Source: Bugula neritina | Taxonomy: Eukaryota; Animalia; Bryozoa | Reading direction: 5' to 3' | Assembly (NCBI GenBank): GCA_964035545.1 | Contig: OZ037765.1 | Coordinates: forward strand, 5,094,698-5,158,697 | DNA length: 64,000 nt | Part shown: piece after piece, positions 47,501 to 57,600 of the stretch | How the letters are laid out: the number at the start of each line of letters is the position of its first letter | Numbering within the stretch: position 1 is the stretch's first letter | Notes under the pieces: generated by a model | The model's database searches: none | The model's input: the letters and a program-made list of their open reading frames with translations, nothing else | Told to the model about the DNA's origin: nothing | Made by a program: the position numbers and the translations under genes

Positions 47501-50344
47501 ATTTTAATCGCTTATTTTTGATTTAATTTAACCAATTCAAAAGTTTTAAAAGATTAAAAAATCTTTATCCGGGTTGTTTGAATTAAACTCAGCTTAAAAA
47601 TCTAGCTTTCCCTAATCACAAAACCAAGCAAACCAAAAACTTAAAAATGATTTGGACGGCCTAAATATTCATTATTTAAATTAGTTTGCGCAATTATTTT
47701 AAAAACGGATATATTTAAAAGAAAGATTCTTTTCATGTTATTGCTTTTATTTAGTAAATAGCATTTATATAACATCTTTCGATAAGAATGTTGCGAATAA
47801 TTTGTAAATAATATTCAAAGGCGTTCAAATCACCGCAGACAAGAGTTGGCTTTATTATGATTGGTCACAGCTCAACGGCATGCATTATACTTTTACGGCA
47901 ATGTGTGAACACCCGTTGACAAAATGCAACAGCGTCGCCATTTTATTTTTGCTGTTACGGCGTACGATACGGTAAGTGTGAATGAGGGGTTACTGTTGCA
48001 AGGCTATTCATTCCTGCCCTGTGCCTATCCAATTGTAGCCGGACTCAATGGTTCGCCAGGCACGTGGCCAAAGGAGTACTGTTTCTCAAGAAAGCCATTC
48101 ATCTGCGAGATCGACGTGAACAAGAAGATTAGAGCAACTACGGCAACTCCAGTTACAGACGGCAGTCTCTGTCACTTCCCCTTTCAATACAGAGGTCAGC
48201 TGTACAACACCTGTACCACGTATGGAGCTTCTTACCTTTGGTGTGCTACGACCGACAACTATGAAAGAGATGGGAATTTTGCTATTTGTGGTATGTTCAG
48301 CATTTATTGCATTCTGTTCTGTCTAATTCCATGGCAAACATGAAGAATCTTTTTGACGGCCATAAAATGTCTATATTTGGTGCTACACCATATTTGATTG
48401 GCTCTACTGGCTCACTGCGTTTCAAAGCTTCGCATTGTATAGATTTTTTATTTATTATTTGGAAAAAGTTGCATCGAATGAAACCATAACCATAAGTTCA
48501 TGCAAGCTGCAACCACGAATTCATGAGTATGAGTATATCCATTCGCATGTGCAGTGATAGAAACGCAGTGATTACTATAGTCTATAGCAATCCAACGTGT
48601 CTGTCAAGCTGTGACATTCTGCACAGCCATCTAGTTTCACCATGGCATTAAGTTTCACATTTCAGTCACTCTACAATACTAGACTCCTTCTGCTCTTCAT
48701 TTACATATTCTAATTTTCCTCATAGTTCCAAGTTTCTGCTCATTCTAGACCCTTACCGATGTGAACCTAGCCTAACAAGACACAATGAGTTCTGCTATTA
48801 TTTCTCCTCCTACATTGACCAGATGTCCTGGGTGGAAGCAGGGGCCAAGTGTGCTTCTATGGGCGCCGATCTTGCCTTTATAGGCTCACCTTCTGTGGAA
48901 AGCTTCATTGCTGGTCAGTGAATCTCCACTTATCTATGCACATGATACTGTGCCTAAAGTTGTTAAGAGCTGTGACTGTTTTTATACCTGTAAAATTATT
49001 GTGTTGTTTTGTATGTTGTAGATAACATTTTTGACATTTACTGGATTGGTTTGAACGACATCATGAATGAGCAAAGCTTTCAGTGGGCTCATAGACCAAA
49101 CCTTGTTGTGGTGAGTTTTACAATAGAGAAATATTTTACAATAGAAAAATTATAGTGGTTGTATCGAAGTTTTGTAGGTGTAGCCAATTGTTGAAAGAAC
49201 TTGTGTCTTTCTACAAGTACTTTATTTTTGATTCTAACAGAAGAAGTAGTGAAAGTTTCCTGGTGCGTTAGAGAAGTACAGTCAACACTCTATGATATTT
49301 ATCGTGTCATTTTGAATTTCCTTACACCCTTTAAATCTATACAAATTTTGCAGACCATAATGTTATTTCTACTTGTGCTACTATAAGCTGTTAGGCCAAC
49401 TGTCTTATTCTATAGCAGTATTGATTTTACTGTTGATTGATTTACCGCTGATTCTTCTCAGAACTCTAGTTTTACCAACTGGGGTGTTGGTGAACCACGC
49501 AGTATCTCTGGTTCAGAGGACTGTGCTCAAATAGTGAACGGTGTAGACAGTAGGCCTGGTGCCTGGCTCATGGAAGATTGTCTGACTCTGAGACGATACA
49601 TCTGTATGAAGGACGCAGGTCAGTGCAACAATCACCAGTCTTCTTCTTTTTCTTCTTCTTTTTCTTCTTCTCTTTCTGTGTCATGTTTACATATGGCGGC
49701 ACTAAGAAAAGGAGATTCACTGATTCTGTAATTCTTGTCGGAAGATATTCCATATTGGGATTTTTTTATATTCAGTTTTGCACTAATTACTAAAGACACA
49801 TTTCATGAAATTAGCGAGGTTTGTTTTGTTTTCATTGGCAGTTAGCACACAGTATAAATGTGTTTCTACACTAAAATATCATTTAGTGAATGCTTACATG
49901 GCAAATGAAAATTCATGATGGATTTTTGTTGGTTTTATAATTCACAAGGATTAATAAATTTGTAAGCTTTTTGTTTTTTATTTTGTAGAGTATGTTTTAG
50001 CAACAACCACTACACCAACTACCACAACCACTACACCAACTACCACAACAACCACTACACCAACTACCACAACAACTACTACCACAACAACCACTACACC
50101 AACTACTACAACAACTACCACACCAACTACTACAACAACTACCACACCAACTACTACACCCACTACCACAACAACCACTACAACAACTACTACACCAACT
50201 ACTACACCAACTACTACACCCACTACAGCACCCACTACAACACCAACAGCTGCAACAAAGGCAACTTTCTCAGCAGAAGCAAATGGAGGTTTAACACAGA
50301 ATCAATCTGCTCCTTTGAATGGTAAACAAACTACTAGTATTTGA
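17584..50344 (+). CDS. Giant multi-exon mosaic C-type lectin, paralog A (mannose-receptor-like): SP-CTLDx5-F5/8C[FAMeT insert]-F5/8Cx2-WSC-CTLDx8-FN2-CTLD-Thr mucin; 3' end uncertain
   Basis: The signal-peptide exon 17584-17650 (MLQPRRNIFSTLVFLGITSLYS) splices in phase 1 to 18256 (VLGANQCPQGW...CY). Dozens of GT-AG exons carry CPxGW..CY, WIGL, EPN/QPD, WND and YICE motifs. An in-frame TGA at 50342-50344 follows the Thr-rich exon, with AATAAA at 50555. Confidence 0.85.
20017..20223 (-). mobile_element. tRNA-derived SINE copy 1
   Basis: Homologous to 23314-23502 and 35304-35496; tRNA-like head plus the core TGGTGATGTTAGGAAAAGCATCCAGTCATAATTGC. Confidence 0.75.
22791..22877. repeat. 20-bp tandem repeat (tataatataatatccataag), about 4 copies
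   Basis: Directly visible periodicity. Confidence 0.8.
23314..23502 (-). mobile_element. tRNA-derived SINE copy 2
   Basis: Minus strand reads GGGAAGCAGCCGTGGTCTAGGGGTTAGAGC (A box)...GGTTCGAGTCC (B box), then the shared core and the tail GTGACTATAAACTTGCGTGAG. Confidence 0.8.
27406..30615 (+). other. Paralog A: first F5/8 type C (discoidin) domain split by a nested Methyltransf_FA-like cassette (exons 28114-28264, 28633-28755, 29057-29229)
   Basis: N-part C..ELISGTHWVPDSAFQTSSNRDANSGPENSRID (27406-27537); insert FSVQACNDAHISL...YEVVLGGWANTQSVVR...RQFWITW..G.IQVG...STGWGASGEW; C-part GGWSP...QWIQVDF...SVTTKG...FAGNKD...AQYVRLRP...LRWALDGC. Confidence 0.8.
30826..33311 (+). other. Paralog A: second and third F5/8C discoidin domains
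   Basis: EQWIQ...HGIVTKG...WVKSY...FQANTDQ...YVRIIP...MRMDILGC; and ARLD...AWIP...IQVDFG...AVTTQGR...QWVTAY...ARVIRIHP...MRIELHGC. Confidence 0.85.
33470..33991 (+). other. Paralog A: WSC carbohydrate-binding domain (2 exons)
   Basis: VGCF...SPSKCAANCFKQGFMYAGL...CKCGNS / CNYKCRGDSNFYCGG matches the 8-Cys WSC pattern. Confidence 0.85.
35304..35496 (+). mobile_element. tRNA-derived SINE copy 3 (degenerate)
   Basis: gttagagcattggcctggtgaacacgaggtc...ggtgatgttagaaagagcattcagtcataattgctc...gtgactataaatccacgtgag belongs to the same family. Confidence 0.7.
38891..39290. repeat. 33-bp intronic minisatellite, about 12 copies
   Basis: Unit is approximately atgtgtagtacttactgtatactgtgatgtttc; it explains the spurious 11-aa-periodic ORF 38880-39314. 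Confidence 0.95.
41082..41692 (-). mobile_element. 5'-truncated RTE-clade LINE fragment in an intron
   Basis: KVYRAMVLSSLLYGAETW...LRWLGHV..M...RLPRQLLY..L..G.R..GRP.LR..D...W...A.NR..WR is the RTE-type post-RT C-terminus. A short 3' UTR hairpin follows; possible TSD GTAGAGT (41075-41081 / 41693-41699). Confidence 0.85.
47306..47990. mobile_element. Non-autonomous TIR DNA transposon (MITE, ~685 bp), TA-flanked
   Basis: ACCCCCTATTCACACTTACCGTACCGTACGCCGTAACAGCA versus TGCTGTTACGGCGTACGATACGGTAAGTGTGAATGAGGGGT: about 41-bp near-perfect TIRs, TA on both sides, no transposase ORF. Confidence 0.85.
48151..48290 (+). other. Paralog A: fibronectin type II domain
   Basis: TDGSLCHFPFQYRGQLYNTCTTYGASYLWCATTDNYERDGNFAIC is a canonical FN2 signature. 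Confidence 0.9.
48749..49618 (+). other. Paralog A: final (14th) CTLD
   Basis: RCEPSLTRHNEFCYYF...MSWVEAGAKC...YWIGLND...FTNWGVGEPR...DCA...W...DC...YICMK. Confidence 0.8.
49989..50344 (+). repeat. Coding Thr/Pro-rich mucin-like repeat exon (ACN/CCA repeats)
   Basis: Phase-1 acceptor ttttgtag|AG at 49988/49989 gives EYVLATTTTPTTTTTTPT...; the listed minus-strand V/G ORF is its antisense shadow. Confidence 0.85.
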
Positions 50345-51672
50345 TTTTCGTCTTCTCTGTAATATATTGCTTATCTCCAGCTTTTCTAACAGAACTATGT
50401 TATAATAGCAATATCATCAGCTCCCTATTAGCTAACTGCTATACTCATACAATGCAATAGTAGCACTTCAACCATACGGTTTCTGTCTTGTTGAGATTGT
50501 GTAACAAACATTCTGAAATATTTAGGGTGCATTTCTCAAGTTAATCTTTGGCACAATAAAGCTGTAAATGGTACTTTTTCACTCTTAAAAACAGCTAAAA
50601 CTCATCTTATGTGCTGGTGTTTGTCTCACATTCATAAGAGGATTAGCTGCACTATTTTTCTGATTAATAATAGTAATGAGACAGTAAATTTCTGCTTCTA
50701 TGATACAAGAAAATATTGTTGACAGGTCCTTCTGCTGAATTGATAAAAATTTTACTACTAAATATTTTTGAACCATTTTAAAATGTTCAAAATTTTAGCA
50801 AAACTGGGGAATTGCTTACTGTGCATAATAATGTGAAGATTTATAAACATTGTGAAGCATATGGCTATATTATCATCAGGAAAACTAATCAATGCTGCAT
50901 GAATTGAATATTTTCACTGTTTTGTTTGCTAAAATTTGTAAGTCGCAGTTCATGATATCCTATATTTACATGAGCAAATTTTAATTAAGTTACAGAATTT
51001 TTAAGTGATGTATCGAGTTGATTGTGCGTTTATTTTTCAAAATTATAATCCAAGAGTTTACGTACGAACTTCACTCGGCTTTGTTGATTATAGCAGTATT
51101 TAGTATTTCCGGAGCATGCTTACTTGTATTAATGAAGAATCTTTGAACTCTTGGAACTATCAACACAAGAGTGTTTGAAAGTGCAGTTAGCTCTGAGCAT
51201 ATTAATACTCTGTCATCATTCGAAAATTTAATTAATTATTTTGAGGATATTCAGATAAATATTTTGACCCTTTCTAAGCTCTGTCAGACATGTTTTACTT
51301 GCTGCTTATTCGACAAATTCTTGCTGCCTCATATCTAAATTTTTGCTGCCTCATGACGTTTTGTAATACACTCCTACCACTATCTACACGTTTATCAAAC
51401 AGAGGCTGCGATTGTCATTCTATTTCTTATCGCGTGGGGCTGTGTCAGATAATGTTGATGAAACTGCCAAATATCTTTACTCTAAGATTGTACCATGGAC
51501 AATATGGTGCTCGGTGTTGGCATAGCTAGATAACGAGTTTAAGATTATGGAAAGACGACACATATAATCACATGAAGTCTTAGGAGATAAGGTTTTGGAG
51601 CTAGTAGTGTGAGGTGTTTGGATGAAGAAGGGTTGATTTTTCTTTGCACCTTGTTCACTTAGAATTCACAGA

Positions 51673-54600
51673 ATGCTGCAGCCTCGGAAAAGATTTTCTC
51701 AACTTTTATTTCTCTTAGAATTAATCTCATTATCTCAAGGTTTGGAATAAACGATATTTGCTATCATATTAACTTGTTGTGTTTTCTGTCGTTGAAAATT
51801 TTTTTATTTGTTTGCTGGTCAAAAATCTTGATAGTAGTTGCTTGGGTTGTTTTATATTGGCTTGTGAATTTTATTCACAATAAAATGGGTAATCATACAA
51901 TTTTTAGACTATATTTTGTTAAACAGTAACGTTGTGTTATCAATGTGCTAACATTGTGTTGACATTGTGCTAACATTGTGCAAAATGAATCTGTAAAAAT
52001 TACAATTAAACTAGTACATAAATTCAGCAAAGATGTTTGACATGGGGAGGGTTTGTTACAATAGCATTTTTTAGATATTTGCTGTAACAGTTATTCTGGT
52101 GCACTTTCTGCCTCTAAAATTGTATTGAGAATATTGTAAATCGTATTTAGAACAAAGTGAAGGGTTCTTCAATTCTTTTTGTCGATGTATATGTGTGTAT
52201 TTGCATATATTAATAGATTTTAGCTTATTTTTCAATGCTATCCTAATTTTAATGATTTATGTGATGCGCGCTGATTTTTGTGTCATTGTTTTTATAATTA
52301 TTGTTAGTTGAGAAATTTGTTACTATACTCCGCCATATTTTGTTGACCAAACAGGTGTTTTGATCGAGGATCATGTAAATATTTGTTAAATTTATATATA
52401 AATATGATACAGTGCTGTGTTGATCTGTGAAACTGGTGTTGATGTAAGTTACCTTAGTTGCATAATACTATCACACAGCTAAGATCTGTGTAATCGTAAA
52501 CAGGAAAAAGGGGCGTGTTGCTATCACATTTCTCTTATCTAAAGAAAACAAACTCGTTGACATAGCATTGCGCTATCTCTGATTTCATCTAACAAAAATA
52601 GCTCTGGTTTACTTATTCTTTCTCCAGGCTTTAAATTATTTTATATTGCAGCTGTTTTTAATAATATTAACTGTGTTTTGGCGGCTCAGCCTCTGCTAGA
52701 AGTAACCAACACATTTTTTCTGTAATTTTAGTCTTTGGAGCTAAGCAGTGCCCTCAAGGCTGGTATCCAAATGGCAAGTTCTGCTATTTCTTCTCTCAGT
52801 CTACGGCCAAATGGAACACAGCTAGGGACATTTGTGTGACTCGTGGCGGTACTCTGGCCACAATCTACAACGGGGGTGACGCAGTATGTATTACCTGCTT
52901 TTTTCAGATAAGTCAACTTGTGTATGGCTTCTTCATGTGTTATAGGCTGCTTATGTTTATGGTAAAGTTATGTATAATGTAATATTGAATGCTGCAATGT
53001 AGAAGCTCAAACACCTCTTAAACTGTTGTCAATCTTGTATGATGGGATGACTAGATGTTTTTCCCATATATGTCAAATTTTTGTAGAAAATATCTTTTAC
53101 TTTCTATAGATTCTATAAACGTTAAGATGTCTCTTAGGAACTCTTAGCGGAAAAATTTTAATAGCCCAAGCTCTTTAATCTTTTTTGATAAATGTTCGTT
53201 TGGTTTTGGTTTATGGTTGAGATTCTTACCAGAAAATAACATCTTTCGCTAAACTTTTAATCTATAAAAAAAAAGGTTTTGTTTAACTTTTTCAACTGCA
53301 TCCACCTCAAAGTTTCTAGCAATATAAAATATTATTAGAAAACTCTTGAACTTTACACCAAATGTTTCCGCATGCAAATGTGCCTTTAGTTTTTAGGTTC
53401 TAGTGTAATAGTTGTGAAGTAGGCGATATTTTTAATACATAATGATCATATGCTAAGCTACTTGTTACTTGTTGAAATTGCTTATCTTGGGTTTTAGTCT
53501 TTTCTATCTACAAGAGTAAGAGCAATTGGTGGAGGAAAAACGTTTTATGTTGGAATCACTGATGCTGGTACCGAAGGAAAATGGAGAAACGTGGACAAAA
53601 AGCCGTTTCCTCCGAGCAAAGGGTAACTTTAAAGTTATAATACACAATACACGTAGCTTTTTTTAAAACACCCATACATTTAAATGACTTTTGCAATAGA
53701 ATGCAATGGTACTTTTCATGCTTATTTTATTTTATGTTACAGAATCTGGGGTAAAAATCAGCCAGACAACGCCAGGAAATCTGAACACTGCGGCAGTTAT
53801 TCAGCATATATGCAATACAAGTTAAATGATATCTCTTGTAACCAGGCTGCCCACTTTATATGCAAACGCAGCATCGGTATGCGTACTTGATATAATACAT
53901 GTATATAAACTGCACGACATGCATTCTGTAGCCCACATGCTCTTTTCCACTGTTTAATTAATATTTGTCTCTGTTCATTTTTGATTTATAATTTAGTCTG
54001 AATTGAAGAAAAAAAGTACATATAGTTGAAACAGGAAAACATTGTTGAGAAGGCTGTAAAGCACAATAGCACTTAAGTTATTTACACAGACAAGCCAGCC
54101 ATGGTTTATAGTCTGTAGCACTTTAGTTATATATACCACATGTTGCTAACTATATAGTTATTGTATACGCAGCATGTTTCTAACTATGTAGTTGCTGTAA
54201 TTCGGTCTGTTTTGTTTATTGTAGACTATAGAGATCCGTGTGACTCTGAAAATGGCTGGCATTTGGTAGACGACAAATGTTACCGCTTTTACAGAGAGCC
54301 GACCACGTGGCCTGAGGCTAGGAGAGTCTGCCAAGATAACGATGCCGACCTACTTTCGGTGAATTCGAATCAAGAACTTACGTTGGTCAGCGAGTCGGTG
54401 TCCTGCGACAATGTCTCTCCTATCTGGCTGGGATACTCTGATGTATGCACGTATTTGTAGCATCTCGTGGTTGTGTCCTTATCATTGCATAACTCGTCAC
54501 GTTTCACTATCTCGTGAAGTAATCAAAGTCCACATCTAGTACCTTCGTCTTGGCTCACTCCTCAATCTTCTCCAGATATCAGCTACTCCTTATCTGCACT

Positions 54601-57600
54601 TGTTGATGAATATCCTGGCATATTACACTTGTCTACATATATATGTACTTACAACCTGTGTGAACGCTTACACACTTCTACATATACACCTACACACTTC
54701 TACATATACACCTACACACTTCTACATATACACCTACACACTTCTACATATACACCTACACACTTCTACATATACACCTACACACTTCTACATGTACACC
54801 TACACACTTCTACATATACACTTACACACTTCTACATATACACCTACATACATATACATGCACATCTACATACAGATTTATATATGCACACTCACACAAA
54901 TCTATATACATAGGTACTTACATGCACACTTACACACATCTCTATGCACATTTACACCCATCTAGGTACATATGTACTCATGACCTACATACACACCCAA
55001 CACATATTTGCATACACATCTAGATACAAACCTACAGTGTCGGGAGATTGTTCTGTTATTTTTTAGACTAATGCTGCCAATACTTTGGAATGGACGGACA
55101 AATCTAAGGTCAATGATGCTGTCATGAAGTGGGATAAGAAAAGTGGAGAGCCCAATGCTAAAAAGTAGGTTGTTTGCAGCAATTTTAAATATATCCAAAG
55201 ATACCATTCTCAATTCTCTCGCTTCAAATATCATTATCCAATCTACTTATGATTATACAGTAAGTATATTTTTAGGATCATACTAATGTAGATAACAGAC
55301 AATCTGCCTTGATCAATGACATTTGTTGCATTTTGTAGTTATCCAAAAGGTGAAAACTGTGCTGCTTCCATGACTTTGAACAAAAATATGTGGGAATTAG
55401 TAAACTGTGAAGGAAATGATATGGCATTTATTTGCGAAAAAGCCAAAGGTGAGATGTTATATTCTGGCTTTAGCAGGATGAATTATATTTTTTAGATAAA
55501 CAGGTATGTGGTTAACTTTGATGGTGAACCCACCGATGACTCTGGTTGTCTTGTACTTTCCTAATATGGAAAAATTTAAAGAAATGTTTCAAATTATATT
55601 GTTGTTTGTCATCAGTAACTTCCAGCAATTGTAAGCAATTACTCATTAAGCATTTTTCATTGATCTGTATGCTGAAAGAGGAGTGTTTGACTGTAGCCTA
55701 AGTTCTTATGTAACAGGTCAGTGTCCAGTTGGGTGGAGCAACAAGAATGGTATTTGCGCCAAAACCTTTTATTCTTATGTGACGTGGCCAGAGGCTAAAG
55801 CTGCATGTGCTGGCTATGGCGGTAACTTGGCCAGTGTTGACCAGGTCAAAGGTGACATTTTCTTCTCTCTTGTCGCTTATGGCAGCTGGATTGATCTCTC
55901 CGGTAAGTCTTTGTTTAATATTAGAGTTTTTATGAAGTTTATGTTACAGAAACCTGCTTTATTTTATTATATTTGTCAACAGTACACAAAGCTGAAAGTA
56001 TATGTAGTGTTTTATTTGAATAATGTGCTTGTATAATTATCACGTTATCATAATTATATAGGGTTTTCTGTTTTACAATTTTTAATTTTTGTACTTTTAC
56101 AGCAAAGAGTTATAATACTGGAAGAATATTCATTTAAAGATCATTGTTTGTAACTCTGTTGGTCAAATATCTCTTTTTGTCAAATATAAATTTCTATACA
56201 CTCCATAACTGAGCCAGTCTAACCATCTACCATCTTTCTTTCAGGAAAAAATGAACACTATGCCATGCTCTAATTTGTATACACTACTTATTCAGTTTAT
56301 ATTCCAAATTTGTTCTTAAAGTTTAAACTGACTAGATGTGTTTTACTCCTTTTCAGATCGACTAGTTGACGGTAAATTTGTGGATGAAAACGGAAATTCT
56401 CTTCCCACAAGTCAGCTGGCAGCGCAGAAGGCTAACAAACAGATAGAATGTGGAGCTTGTATGTTGTATTATATTATATATTGTATTTTCTCTCTGTATG
56501 TTATATTATATCTCCCTTCTAACTGTGGTTATGTGGCCATACATCCTGTATACTATATGCCTGTGGTGTAGATGATCTGAACCATCTAGTGTGTTCACCT
56601 CTTCTGCTATATCAATATTTGGTCTGTAAATCATGCTGACTTCATTTCCTGTTGCTTTCCTATAAAATGTTGACGTGCCTTAGAGTGCCCTGTCTGGTAT
56701 GCATTTCAGGGAGCTCAAATACATTAAGTTTGGATTCATGCTACGAATCGCGTTTTTACATGTGTGCTGCCGAGTTGGGAAAGGTTCGTGCGACTCCAAC
56801 AAAAGCTCCGCTGGGTAAGTTGCAGGACACTAGTTTAATTTTTTTTTCTTGATAATTCACTCTCATGGAAACTATAAATTTCTTCAATAATGTGTTTTTA
56901 TTTGAGATGATTCTTTGCTCAACCAATTTGATTCTTACTACAGACAAGTTAGTCTGCTATTCCGGTTGGACAAAGTACAAGAACAGCTGCTACAGGCGCT
57001 CAGATAAAGATCTGAATTATGCTGCCGCAAAAGCTGACTGTAAGAACAACCAGGGAACACTTTTAGTCATCAATGACATTGAAGAGATGGACTTTCTAGT
57101 CGGTCAGTGTTGTACACATCTCAGAGTTTATATAGTTAACATCTCTGCTGGTTACACATGATAGTTGTATTCTGTTTATTTGTATATGTTATTTCCTGCT
57201 GTATGTTTCTGCCATCTTGTTTCAGCGGACAGTCTGTTACTCAACAGCATCGTATGGATAGGATATGATGACTTGAAGACTACTGGGACGTATAAGTGGG
57301 TAGATGGTTCACCTAGTACCTTTACTTATTGGGCTCCTAATGAGCCTAACAACCATAATAATAAAGAGCATTGTGCAGAGGTCAGTTTTAGCATATAATC
57401 ATAATCACCTTCTTCGTGAATCAACTGTTATGTTAAATTATTTAACATTTAAAGTAATGTTTACATAACAGCATGTTGCTGTGATGTACACTGTAGTTTT
57501 GAGGTTCTCCAGTAACCCCTGTAGTGTAATGATGAGCACGGCTTGTAAGCCGGAAGTCTGTGGTTTGATTCCCAGTAGAGGTAATTATTTTGCATACTCA

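Larger units (their letters stand above)
34405..48120 (+). other. Paralog A: block of eight tandem CTLDs (mannose-receptor-like array)
   Basis: Eight successive CP..W/..CY...WIGL...C...W....C.....IC units; EPN+WND are retained in alternating domains (6, 8, 10, 12) and in domain 9. Confidence 0.75.

Noticed and set aside
49978-50235. Poly-Val/Gly hydrophobic ORF on the minus strand
   Set aside because: Antisense of the Thr/Pro mucin exon.
50595-50663. LKLILCAGVCLTFIRGLAALFF* resembling a GPI signal for gene A
   Set aside because: Needs a phase-0 junction, but the available donors on the mucin exon are phase 1.
54600-54965. His/Thr/Tyr-rich ORFs
   Set aside because: Translation of a 22-bp intronic minisatellite.
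57520-57585. Degenerate tRNA-like head (ggtttgattccc)
   Set aside because: Too short and decayed to assign as a SINE or tRNA pseudogene.
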